From NCBI GenBank assembly GCA_050084515.1, contig CM114271.1:22568001-22632000 (forward strand): a DNA stretch of 64,000 nucleotides, given 5' to 3'. The notes under the pieces were generated by a model. The model was not told where the DNA came from and ran no database searches. It saw nothing but the letters and a program-made list of their open reading frames with translations. Positions within the stretch are counted from its first letter, which is position 1. Every line of letters starts with the position of its first letter. Shown here piece after piece: positions 26,030 to 38,591 of this stretch. Position numbers and translations under genes: made by a program. Source of the DNA: Blasia pusilla (lineage: Eukaryota).

Positions 26030-28200
26030 TAAGTTAGATTAATTTTTGGCTCCCATGCTCTTTCGCATAAATCATAACCTTCCCATTATACTAAGTATTC
26101 ATTTGCTAATCTCTTTCCTCTCTTTATTCTATGCTCATCCAATATAGTCTCGACTCCAAACTCTTATTGGTCTTCAACGATGATCAGGTCAGGTCGCAAA
26201 AGTCTTGTCTAAGAGGGGTCTTGATTATCCACAAACTCCTTAAGTTCACTAACATCAAACACATCATGAACTCGCCTGATCTCCAACAACAACCTCAATT
26301 GGTAGGACATCTCCTTAACCTTTTCGAGTATCTCGAAGGGTTCTTGGCGCCTTCAAGTATCTTCCAGAAGATACTTGAAGGCAATTAGTGGGACCTTAGT
26401 CTTAGCGAGACAACTCATAATAGATCCCTAACTTCAAAGCTCACATCTTAATTGTCTATGAACATCATCTTGCCACTTGGAGCGATGTCAGGAGCATTCT
26501 AACAACATGGATGCCTCTTTATACTCCTACAATCGCTTCGCCTGGAAGTCCTCCACTTTTGGCATGGAACTCCTCACTTTAGATGCCTTTGGTTCTTCAA
26601 ACCAAGTTGGGATTCTTGAATTGAACCCCACTACCAACATAAATGATGTGTATACTATCGTCAAATTCATGGAGTTCTTATACTCAACCTCCACCATAGG
26701 CAAATGCTTTACCCAATCTATTTGATCTATTGAAAAATAGTTTGGAAGATACTCCTTAAGCGCTAAAGTCACATGTTCTACTTGGGCCAGTGTGTTCAAG
26801 TGATAGCCCAAACTTAGAAGCACATCGGCTCCTACTATCTTAAATAGATACATCCAAAACTTAGAGAAAATTGCTATCTAATTGATTACTAACTCACTTG
26901 ATAAAGCCCAATGTTTGAAAAAATTGTCAAAGAAAAGAATCAAAAGATGAGCTACCTCCAATATCTTTCGAGTCAAAATGAAAACTCACATCTTTGAACA
27001 TCGACCTTCCACTACCATGATTGAATTAAAACCTTTTGACCAAGATAATCCCACGATGAAATAGCAGTAGCACTTTCCCATGGTCACTACAAAATTGGAA
27101 AAGGTTGAATAAGCCTTGGCGGCTTACCATAGTCCGTTCAATTCTTTTCACAAACCAAATACGATTGGATTCATTGGACACACTCTATGGTATTCTTGAG
27201 ATGGCCAATATGAATATTCGTTAAGAATCTCCAAGATTGTTATATGATCTAGATGTCCCACCCAAGATGCATCATGATGAACCTCAAAAGCCTTGGTCCT
27301 TAAACTCTTAATTAAGAACATACATCCTTTACTACTTCTATTTCAAAACACTATTCACAAGAATAATTAATATGCCTCACACTCGTCCCCTTCTCATGGT
27401 TGCACCAAAATGGACAAGTCCTTTCTTAGGACGGACATGGGTTCCAAGAGGTGGGACCCACACTTTTAGTCCATGATGGAAGGCAAGGCAAGGACGAGAG
27501 GAGAAATGAGGGAGGAGGGAGTGGAGGTGGAGGGAAGAAGAAATGGGGGAGTATGGAACACGAAGGCAAGTAAGGGGAATGAAAAAGAAGGAAAAAGTGG
27601 GGCCCATACGGACAAGTCCTTCCATTGGACGGACATAAGTCCACGGACACAGGATTTGTCCACATGCAACCTTGCCCCTTCTTGAGAGTCTCTAACCATC
27701 CTTGGGAAATTCTTTTCGTGCAAGTAATCCGCCTTGATCAAGTTTCTCCTATTAGTTTCCAACATCCAAGTTCTTTTCAAGTATTGCTCGTACGTACTCA
27801 AGGCGTCGACAACCACATTCTCCTCGTCTAGCTTATAGAATATTTCCATATTGAATCTCACTAAGTATTATTGCCAATGGAGTTGTTTTAGTGATAGCCA
27901 CTCCTACCTTGCAAAATACTTGCAAGTGATGTTGTGGATATAAACCTTGAAGTCCGGAATATGTAACGAATTCGAATCGAGATTCAAATATACTTCCCAC
28001 TTCTTGAGGTAATGAATAACCACATAAATCTCCCTCTCATGAGTGGGCCAATTATTCTCTAACTTGAACAATTCATAAGAAACTAGTCAAATTGCTTGGT
28101 TTAACACTCCCCCAATGGCAAAGTTCGACGTATCAATCCAAACTTTGAATGGGAACTTGATTTTGGGCAACTTGAGTACAAGATGGTTGCTTACTAGAAA
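26030..28200 (-). mobile_element. Highly decayed chromovirus-type Gypsy remnant (RNase H, integrase, chromodomain)
   Basis: Minus strand FKVWIDTSNFAIGGVL and WPTHERE (RH), DWVKHLPMVE (IN), EYLV*WEGYDLCERAWEP (chromodomain, about 26045-26100). Confidence 0.7.
27395..27674. mobile_element. hAT-type MITE
   Basis: TIR catggttgca...tgcaaccttg; perfect 8-bp TSD ccccttct (27387-27394 and 27675-27682). Confidence 0.9.
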
Positions 28201-30805
28201 CTTTAGTCGCTCAAAAACCTCTTAATGTTCCTCAAACCATCGAAACACTTTTTCTTTCCGTGTTCGGGTTTGAACCTTTTGGGTTTGAACCCCATATGTC
28301 GACTTAATTCATTGGGTTTTCTCTAATTTGTTGTGCCAAACGGTGCCCCTGCCTTCATAACATGGACCATCTTGTCTAGCTTCTCAAGACTTGGATCGTC
28401 CGCCACTAGTGGAGTAGCCATATCAATGGCCACCTTTAGCTTCCCAACTTGGTTGTTGACATAGTACTTTTCTCCCTCAATTTTCATTTCAAATTGGGTG
28501 GCATTGCCTCCACAAAGTCAAAGATTTGATTGGCGTCTCACATATCGTCCATCACTGCCAATATCTCTTGGAATTGAGTAATAAAGCTCGCAATGGAGCC
28601 TCCAAAGTGCATTTGCCACAACAAAAATCTAGCTTGAGTTGCTTGATCTTGAGGTGTCAAAAACATCCTCATTTTTTAAGGTAAGTATCCCCTAATCCTA
28701 TCATGCACCTACTCCCCACACCAATCTTATGTGTCTATGAAGTTGGCATTCAATATGTGACGCTTACCAATTTATACCCAAACACAATTAGATAAGCATG
28801 GTTGCACAAAAACGGATTAGTGCGTCCTATGTCACATCTGAGTAGCCGATAGGCCGAGATCTATCGTGGATAGGGCGTAGGAGCCATCGGACTATCTTGA
28901 GTGTAACTTTGTCCCACAGTGTCGGATGAGGTTGAGGATAGGTCCATTGTGTCAGGAACGTCGTCTCTGACAACTTTCATATTGAGGTCTTTCACAACCG
29001 GGTGACTTGTTGACCAGGTCACCCACCCCTGGTAACTTGTGCGTGCAACTTACCAAGGAGAGGGCTATTTTTAGGGGAAGAGCCTTTGGCTCTTCCCAAC
29101 CCTATATAAGAGAGGAAGATGGATTTCCTAAGCCATCTTTCTCATGTTGGGCCATTGGTGCACCTCCCTTGTATGTGTGTGAGATAGGACTAGGGTGCTA
29201 GCGTCCAGATTCCTTGATAGCACATGGTGGACGAGGCTCGATATGTCAATGTAGATTGAGGAGTGGATTTTTAGGCCGGGTGTGCCGTTTTTACTACTCT
29301 TTATTTTTACATAAGAAAGATGTCAGGGGGCTGGTGGAAATTCGTTGTTTGCAGGTAGGCAAGCGAGTTGCCTTGGTCGGGAGCTCGTGGAGACGTTGGT
29401 TGGCGTCGTATTTGTCATTTTTCTGTTCGGATGGCCGTGGGCGGAAGCGCTGTCCGTTTTTCTCAGATTTTTCTGGTGTGGATTGATGGGGGACATCAGC
29501 AGGGTGTAGCGCAAGTTGTGTCAGCATGAGTAACGTCGTCTAATAGCTAGAATGTCGGGAGTACCCAGGAAGAAGAGTTAGGGCTTGCAGCGGTCGGCGG
29601 GCTATCAAGTAAAGGGTGGATTGGTCGCCTAGGGTTAGGTCGCGCAAGTGATAGGGGTAGGGCACTATGCGTGGGAAGGAAGGCGCAGGAGGTAGCTAGG
29701 TCGGGACGAGTAAAGCTCGCGAATCGTGTGGTTGCCAAGTGTCACACGGGGGAGGTCTGGTGCACCAGGTGCAGAGGGACGTGCGTCACACGCTCGGAGG
29801 ATGCAAGGAAGCAGGGCCGCAACCGCATAGGGCTACGTGCCCTCAACGCGCCACGTAGGCCCAAGGCCGTGGTAGAGAAGGGAGAGCTGGGAGCAAGGAG
29901 CTCCAAGAAGCCCTTACTCCTTCCTGTCGCGCAAGCAGAGGTGGGAGGTCAGCCTTTGGGGCTAGGGCCGCAGGTTGGGGGACGCCGCACCGGGCCATGA
30001 AGGAATGAAGGTGGGAGCAAGGGCTGACCGCATAGGGCGGCATGCCCAAAGCTCCAAGGACATAGGAAGCTGCATAGGGCAGCGCACCAGGGTTGAGTTA
30101 GGACTGAGGTACGTGGTTTCCGTTTAGCCGGACGGAGTGGAGTTGGTTACGCGGTAGGTTCAGACGACATGGTAGGGTCAAGATGTGGTGACCAGGTCAC
30201 CAGGTTGGAGATGCTTATGTAGTTAGGAGAGTTATATGGTTGGGGTCAAGATGGACCCTCTACACTGCTGAGCTGACAATGGAGAGTTAGTGTGCTGCTG
30301 TTGGTGAGTAGTCCGTATCCGCTGACGGGAGGATCGACTTGATGCGGGCGGACATGGTTGTGATTCGGAGGTTGTCATGTCAGATGGAGGAGTGCGTATT
30401 GATGGTGCCGTAGGTTGGAGGGCATGATCACGTTACCCATTCAAGTCCCTTTTCCCGCACTTGTCGTGTGTGATTAAGAGTGCTGAGTATCGGGTAGTAG
30501 CTGGTGCTAGGTGGGTGCAGTGATGGTGACGAGTGTAGATTATGTTCATGTGTAGCATGTTGGTGGATATACTTCGGTTTTCAAGTAGGGGTCGCGTGTA
30601 TGATCCGAGAGAGTGTCGCTAGGTTAGGTGAGTCAGTTGGGAGGCTCATGGTGAGCCCGAGTGTTGAGTGTGCGTGAGGCCGGGTATGTCATCACGGGAT
30701 TGATGTTAGCATATGTGAGCTAGTGAGGCATGTGGGAGACTCTCGGAGACTCTGAGTGCTTGAGCGGGTGAGACCGGGCTTGTCATCACGGCGTTCTTCC
30801 AAGTT

Positions 30806-32374
30806 TTGGAAGAACGGGGTAGTGCGAGCAGTAGTAGTGGTGTGACACGGAGTGGAGTGAGATACCGAGGGGTTACCAATGAGGAGCTACCTCGACATCC
30901 ATCCGTGGCTGGATCGTCATCACTAGACATTGGGTCTGGTGACGAGATCGCTGACAGACACAGTAGTACTTGGCAGGAGATGGACAACATGGGCCATCGG
31001 GGCATGCGTCGTTTCTCAGGTGCAGTGGGCACCATCGACTTAGATGATTTTATCCAGGAGTTCGACACGTGATGCGACTTCCAGGAGATACGGACCCCGA
31101 CACAGTTCAACCCTTTCATGGCATGGAAGGGGTTGTTCCAGCACTTGGAGGGTCCTCCGATGGATGACTATATGGAGTTTTGATCACTATATTCAGTAGA
31201 GATCGATGCCTGTAGGATGTATTGGGCTCCAGGGTATGTGTTCACTAGTGGTCGCAAGGCATATGATGGGATTATGAGAGGAGAGAGACCCACACCATCA
31301 GCCCGAAGACTAGATGGAGAGGAGGGCAGTGAGACAGGCGATGTGGCAGAGACCTTTGGTGGTAGAGGGCCACCCACCTTCAGCCCCACAGTGGAGTTCT
31401 TCCGACAGTTGAGGAAGAGCTACCAGGGCGTACGCACCGACAAGCTGAAGAGTCTATAGGATTTTCAGTGACGATCGGGTGAGAGTCTAAGAGAGGCATT
31501 CACACGCATGAGGAGGCTGATCCTTGCTACGTTTGGAGTGACTGAGGCGCAGTCATTCCGGTATTGGTACGGGGTTCAGGATCAAGAACTACGGAGGAGA
31601 GTGCGAGATGCAGTGCTGATTCACACAGCAACGCCCACATTGAAGGTGGTCTTTGAGTTGTCTGAGCGTATTGAGCTCAACATGAGTGAGGAGCAGGTAG
31701 TGACCGGTGGATTTTCTCAAGAGTCAACGGGTCCACGAGCGATGGTGAGCCCAGAGGTGCCACAGCGAGCACCAGTACCACGGGAGCGGGCCAGTGTGCC
31801 CAGAGAGCAAGGCGGGTACCGTGAGCCTATGAGCCAACGACCCGTACCTACATATGTTGCCCAACAGGGATTGATGTGGTCTTGTTGGACGTGTGGAGGG
31901 GCCCATAGGCAGAGAAACTGCCCACAGCATGGGAGAGGACCACCAACGCTTCCAATTGCTCAGGAGCCACAGAGGATGGTCCCACCACAGCACCAGTGTG
32001 ACTATTGCCACAAATATGGTCACACTAGGGATAGATGTTTTGACCTTGGCCGAAGGGCACGTCCAGAGGTAGGCCGAGGGCCTGGGGGCGGTCGTCCTGG
32101 AGGAGGTCGGGGAGTCCTTCTTGGACGTGGTGGTAGAGGACCACCACCAGCCAGAGGAGATGGAGATGGAGCAGGAGCACCAGAGCCGGCACTTCTCTCA
32201 CGCATCAATCAGTTGGAGCATAGGATTTCTGCCATGATGATGATGCAGCTTAGGGAAGGCAAGCAGCTGCGAGCAGCTAGTGTGACTCGAGCTTCTACCT
32301 CTTACCGTGACCCGAGTGAGGATCTTGCCAATATGGGATTTATGTGTAGTGCAGCCCATGTTGAGGCACTGTAG
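30806..32374 (+). pseudogene. gag: E3 gag remnant
   Basis: FSGAVGTIDLDDFIQEFD; knuckles CWTCGGAHRQRNC and CDYCHKYGHTRDRC; GRGPGGGRPGGGRG tail. Confidence 0.82.
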
Positions 32375-33829
32375 TGGTGACTCGGGGTGCTGCGAGAGGC
32401 ATCGAGCCATCAAGAGGTGGAGTTGAGATTGACCCACAAGAGGGGACCAATGGGCGGCAGGCCAGGGTTCCACAGTCATTCACATTGTCGGAGGCACTAC
32501 ACACACCATTGATGGTGCCTCAATGACTAGCAGTGCCTACAGCTCAGGTACCTACGTGGATGTCACGAGGAGTTGGAGTGACAACTCCTATGCCGGCTCG
32601 AGTGGAGTCAGTGTCAACCATAGTGTTGGAGGTGGCCACCAGAGTGAGTCAGACTCCACTATTTTCCGCCATAGAGTTGGCGACGTTGGGAGTTGGACCA
32701 GCTGAGGTGTTCCGATTGGCCGCCACGTTGTGTGAGCATGGAGAGATGACTGCTTCTTGTTCAGAGGTAGTTGAGGAGGTGGTGGACTTGCCCTCAGAGC
32801 CAGTGCTCGGGACGTTCCTCACCGAGTCATGGCATGCGGCGGCGGCGAAGTTGGTAGATATGCCAGCTCGACCGCACATAGAGTGTTGTGCGCCTACTCT
32901 CCTTGAACGTTAATCTTGTTTGTTGCGGAAGCGTGCGTTCAGTAGGTCACGCTCTCAACGCTGATCTGCATCCAAACACGCACTTCGGTTAGTCGGGTCT
33001 TGGATCAATCAGCGGGATTACTATCCGAGTTCTCGTCTCGGACTCTCTCTTCAAGCTCAACCTTCCTAGTTTCGCGGTTTCCAACACGGGCAAGTCTCGA
33101 AAGACTTGGGACAGACTTTCTGGTCGGTTCAAGAACCTGAAACGGCGTTTCGCGGCTAGCAGTTCCAACTATCCGATGAACATCCAATGAGTTCCTCACC
33201 AAGACTCGCACGAAGTGAATCTCGGGTTGGAATCCAAGTGTGGCGCACAAAGTCCACTCCTTGGATCAGGTTTGGGTTTCGGGTTTCGCGCCAAACTCCC
33301 GTTTCATCCGTGCCTCAAACGCCGTTTGGCGCCCAAAGTGGGGTTTCGTTTCCCGAGACATCTCAAAGAAGGTACTCCCCTTACTAGTACTTCTGGGGAT
33401 CTCCGGGGCCCCTACATTTAGGAAAGACACCGGGCCCTCCATTGGCCCTCAACCCGATTGCTCTCTGAATCGTTTTCGGCCAATATCTCAGCTTGTACTC
33501 ATGCGTTTTCTGAGATCTTTGGTGCGTTGGAAGCGTCTTGAGATCAGCTTTCCAACGCGCCCTTACTTGTCCCGAACGCATCTCGGAGCTCAACGTTATG
33601 GTCCTAAACACAGTCAGATTCTCCCAAACGCTAGCCGTGTTCCAAACTGGTTCTCACCTCTTTGGCAACCAACCTCCAAGACTCAACTCATCTCAAGTCT
33701 CGGCTCGCGTTTGGTCTAGGTTTCCTGGTCGCGACCACTAACGCATGAAACGCACAACTCTGTTCCACGTTTCGTCTCTTAGACTTTTCCAAGAGATTCT
33801 TCCAAACGCCTCTCCAAAGCGCAAACCTC

Positions 33830-34530
33830 GCAGTTGTTTCTGTTATCTGCAGTACGGGGATATTATCATACGCTACTCGCCGACATCTCTTTGGTGGGGG
33901 CGCAGGATCTTGATAGAGTTGGCACCATTCATTTGGTGATTGCTGGATGGCCATGTCACGGTCATTCATCATCTGGCCGAGGATTTGGATTGCAAGATCC
34001 GAGGTCAGGGATGTGACGAGTGTACATCAGGTGAGGTCTTGGTTGGGACCTGTTATGTTGTTAGATGTAACGAGAGTTGGGTCACGTGCCCATCATCCAC
34101 GACTATGGTGGACGAACCTGATACCATCAGAGGTATTGAGTCGAGCATACGGTGGAGTCCAGAGAGCAGCACATCTCACAGTGGATGCTATTTTGGGCTC
34201 AGGGCGTCGATCTTAGGTGGTGACACGCGATGATGGACCACCGTTGGCCATGGCTAATAGGGTGGGGGAGTTGAGGGCAGCCTTACCTATGTTGGTGAGC
34301 TTCCCAGCATCCCTTGCCTTTCGTCAAGGAGGGCTAGGCATGATTTGGGATGAGGTGACCGGAGCATTGGAGGAGCCTACAGCAGATGAGTGCGAATGCG
34401 CCATGGGGTTCGCTACCGGTACTACGGCGGTGCCAAGGATGAGTGAGGCATCCCGGAGATAGGTGTTGGGGCAGGCGATGGACCTCAACTGTCTCACATG
34501 GATAGTCAGCCTAGGTATGGCTGAGTAGAG
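33830..34530 (+). pseudogene. E3 partial DNMT3-like methyltransferase
   Basis: HLVIAGWPCHG...GLQDPRSG, AHHPRLWWTNL, ECECAMGF...SEASRR*VLGQAMD; motifs I and VI are missing. Confidence 0.85.
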
Positions 34531-34879
34531 ACGGATGTGAGAGTCATCCATGATGTCACGTCGACGAGTTGGACCATTGCCTACAGGGTCTGTACAGGCA
34601 TTGGCTGGGGGCGAGACGAGGAGAGATAGGCATCCATGGACTTCCTAGAATGTCATTCGAGCAGAGAGTGCGAAGGCGTCCAGAGTAGCACATGTTCCAT
34701 TTTTTGATGTAGAGCATGGTGTAGGAGGTCAGAGTGGAGTGGTTGTTGCGGAGGTGGCTAGGGTTGCTACATAGCAACCAAAGCCGGAGGTTGCGTCCTC
34801 TCTAAGTGAGGTCACGATGGAGACTTGGGAGCCTGTGATAGGTCTCAAGTTGATAGGTGGAGAGCGACGGCGAGCTCAT

Positions 34880-37837
34880 AGGTTTTTGAGAGGGCATGTC
34901 AGTTGTTTTGCCTTCAGTATGAGAGACTTGGGTACGCTGAAGGGTCCCGGGATACCGATTGAGTTGGCTAGTGATACGCCGATCTTTCGTCGACCCTACA
35001 GGTATTGTGATATGGAGCGAGCCTTGATTTAGAGCAAGAGGCAAGACTTGTTGGAGGTAGGACTTGTGGAGTTATCAAATGGGGAATATGCATCTGCCAG
35101 AGTCATGTCGGCAAAGAAGGATATGTATGGCAATTGGACGGATAGGCGGATGTGTGGAGATTACCGTCTTATCAACCGACAGACGAGGTCAGATCGGTAC
35201 GCCATGCCTACTCCTGAGGAGATCTTTGATGCGGTAGGGCATGCAAAGATCTTCAGTACTTTAGATCTCCGTGCTTGCTATCATCGGCTTCCTATCAGGT
35301 TGGAGGACAGGGAGAAGACAGCATTCTAGGGGATAGATCGGTTCGGGAGAGATTGCTTGTATCAGTGGCGGTTCTTACCATTTGGGTTGAAGAACGTGCC
35401 TGCACAATTTTGGAGAGGGATGGATAGGATTCTGGATGGCTTGGATTGTGTACGATGTTACATAGATGATATTCTTATCTTGAGTTCCACGGTTGAGGAG
35501 CATGAGCGACACTTGGAGGAGGTGTTTTGGCGATTGCAGTTACATGGACTGAAGTTACATCCAAGCAAGTGCAGATTCTTTCAGGAGCAGATTGAGTACT
35601 TGGGACACACCATATATCCGAGTGGGTTAGGCGTTCAGCAGAAGAAGGAAGAGGCGATTGCGCAGATTCCACGCCCTACAGATGTAAGTCGAGTCCGAGC
35701 ATTTCTTGGACTGGCGAACTTCTATCGACGGTATGTCAAGGGTTTTAGTGCGATCGCAAAGTCTTTGACCTTGTTGACGAGACTTGATCAGGTTTGGTTA
35801 TCGGGAGATGATTAGTAGCAAGCATTTCAGGAGCTCAAGGATAGGTTGACGTCCTCACCAATTTTACAGAGACCGGTTAGGGGTCGCCCATTCTAGTTAC
35901 ATACGGATTGGAGCATGTTGGGTGTAGGAGCAGTGCTTACTCGGAGGGATGACGAGGAGAGGGAGTTCGTTGTGGCTTACGCGAGCCGATCGAAGAATAT
36001 TGCAGAGGTGAAGTACATCTCCTACGAGGGAGAGTGCTTGGCTGCAGTGTGGGCCGTGGCACATTTCAGGTGCTATTTATTCGGCAACCCTTTCACACTT
36101 ATCACTGATCATCAACCGTTGAGGTGGTTGATGGAGTCCGACAAGCTTGCAGGAAAGCTTGCCTGGTGGGCTCTATTACTACAGGAGTATGAGTTTGAGG
36201 TGGTTCATAGGCCAGGTCATCTGAACCAGGATGCGGATGGATTGAGTCGTAACCCATATTCAAGTCAGAGAGACAACACAGGAGCTCGATGGCACGGAGA
36301 GAGTGATGAGGAGATGGTGTCCGGTTGGCATGCATCTGCCTATCTTTTTGGTTGACTATGGCAGGTCAGCCACAGGTGATGACTCCAGTGGTGGGGTTGG
36401 ATGATGAGTCTTTGGATTCAGAGGTTAGTGGGGAGGCGACAGGTGGTCGTGATATCCATAACGACGTGGAGGTTGTGGAGTTCTTGTGCACTGGCGTCAT
36501 TGCGAGTACAGTGAGTGCTAGGGAGCGGGATCGCATCCTACAGAGAGCCAAGAGGTTCAGGTGGGAGGGGACTCACATTTTGCAGGTATGGGGAGATGGT
36601 AGGATACGAGTGGTACCTCATCCTTCCCAACGAGCACGTGTAGTGCGACATGCCCATGAGGAGTTGGGACATTTCAGAGTAAAGCGTACTTACAGCTTAC
36701 TCCAAGTTTAGTATTGGTGGCGCGGCATGCATACTGGGATACAACAATTTGTGGCCAGATGTATGGTATGTGACAGAGTGCGAGCATCCTTCAATGCTCC
36801 CACTCCGCAGTTACATCCTTTGTCGATTATGGGTTTAGGTTATCGGTGGAGTTTAGACTTTGCGGGATCTTTGCCATTGACGGGGCGTCATCATAGGTAC
36901 ATGTTGGTCATGCTGGAGCATTTCTTCAAGTGGATAGATTTGGTGGCCCTTCCAGACAAGGCGATCGAGGGAACAGCTTATGCGTTTCTAGATCGTGTGC
37001 TTAGTCACTTTGGTGCACCGGCGGAGGTGTTGACTGACCACGGTACCGAGTTCAGGGGAGAGTTTCAGGCCTTGTGTGATCAGACGCTGATAGATCACCG
37101 CACCACGTCAAGAGATCATCCTGAGGCGGATGGGTTGGCGGAGAGAGTGGTACAGACGGTGAAGAGAGAATTGCGCAAGTATGGCTTGCAGTGGGTACAG
37201 TTTAGGGAGTGGGACCTATAGTTGCCATGGTTGGCTATGGGTTATCGCTTTAGTCGGCAGACATCCTTGGCGTCATTTTCACCGTACTTTTTGCTCTTTG
37301 GGAGAGAGCCAGATTTACCTGCAACGATTCGAGGTGACATAGCGGAGGTGTTAGATCTTGATGATCCAGATGTGTGGGTACAAGCATGTTCTCAGAGGGT
37401 GGAGGTTTTTCATAGAGTTATGCCTATGGCCTTTGAGAACTTTGCTATTGCTCAGCATAGAGATACATTGAGGTACGCGACCATTCGTGGAGGAGTTTAT
37501 TGTCTAGGGATTAGGAGGTTTCATCCTCGAGATTACCTGTATTTACAGCAGGCGGCACCCACGACGCTAGATGTCACTGCAGGGCGCACGATCCTACGTG
37601 TGCACGAGGTATTACCGACCGGAGTCCTCATGTTGGAGGGACGGGATGGTATGGTTTGGAAGGATCATGTGCGCAATTGTGCGCCATGTCATCTTCCGAA
37701 CGTAGATGGGACGGTGGATCCGAGCTTGGCAGCGGTACCTGCAGGCTTGAGGTGTATGTTGTGCGGATCTGCGAGGGATGCAGCCACCATGTTGGTATGT
37801 GATGGTTCTTCTAAAGGGTGGCATATGTCATGTGTGA
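34880..37837 (+). pseudogene. pol: E3 RT, RNase H, integrase and first part of PHD
   Basis: MCGDYR, LPFGLKN, YIDDIL, FLGLANFYRR, AYASRS, TDHQPL, LDFAGS, TDHGTEF, DGLAER, CMLCGS...VCD...GWHMSC. Confidence 0.93.
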
Positions 37838-38591
37838 TTTCGTGCGAATCCACATCGTCATACAACATACATCGCTGACATACCATACTCACATACGTAC
37901 ATAACATAGACGAGAGTATCCACAAACGCAAGTGTACCACAACTGAAATCCGTGAAAGACCTACTGTCATAAAACACGTTTACAATCACATACAATCGAG
38001 CCAAACCCACTCCACGATGGGAGAATCTAGGTCAAAGCTTGCGGGAAACACCATAGACAAGAGCTCTACTCACTACCAAGGCTAACTCCCAACGCAACAG
38101 GCTCAACTCAAAGAATGATTTGTTCTTTGAGTGCACTCCACCTTATATCCTCCAACCTAAGAGCGGGCCCTACTGGGAAACTCACCCCCAACTGAGTAAC
38201 CCCCAACCCTATGTATGGAACCGCATCTCTACCAAGCCACTACGGTCCTACATAAGGAATGTCCTCTACTAGCACACTATACTCTACGACATAATCCGTA
38301 TGGTCATGACAGTTGTCGTGCGAATCCACATCGTCATACAACATACATCGCTGACATACCATACTCACATACGTACATAACATAGACGAGAGTATCCACA
38401 AATGCAAGTGTACCACAACTCGCCCCCCTAACTGGCGGTTAGGTCCCTCTAACTCCCAGGTAGCCCTATACATCTACTACATGCTATACACCTTCTTGGG
38501 TGCCCGAATCAGAAGGCCGGGTGCTAGGTTGCCCCATCGTTAGTCGCACATCTGTAATCCATATCATGCAAAGATCAAGTCATCTACTCTC

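Noticed and set aside
29309-29330. Canonical tRNA primer-binding site
   Set aside because: No TGG-starting tRNA-like complement follows any A1; complementarity to the element's own A repeat explains the site.
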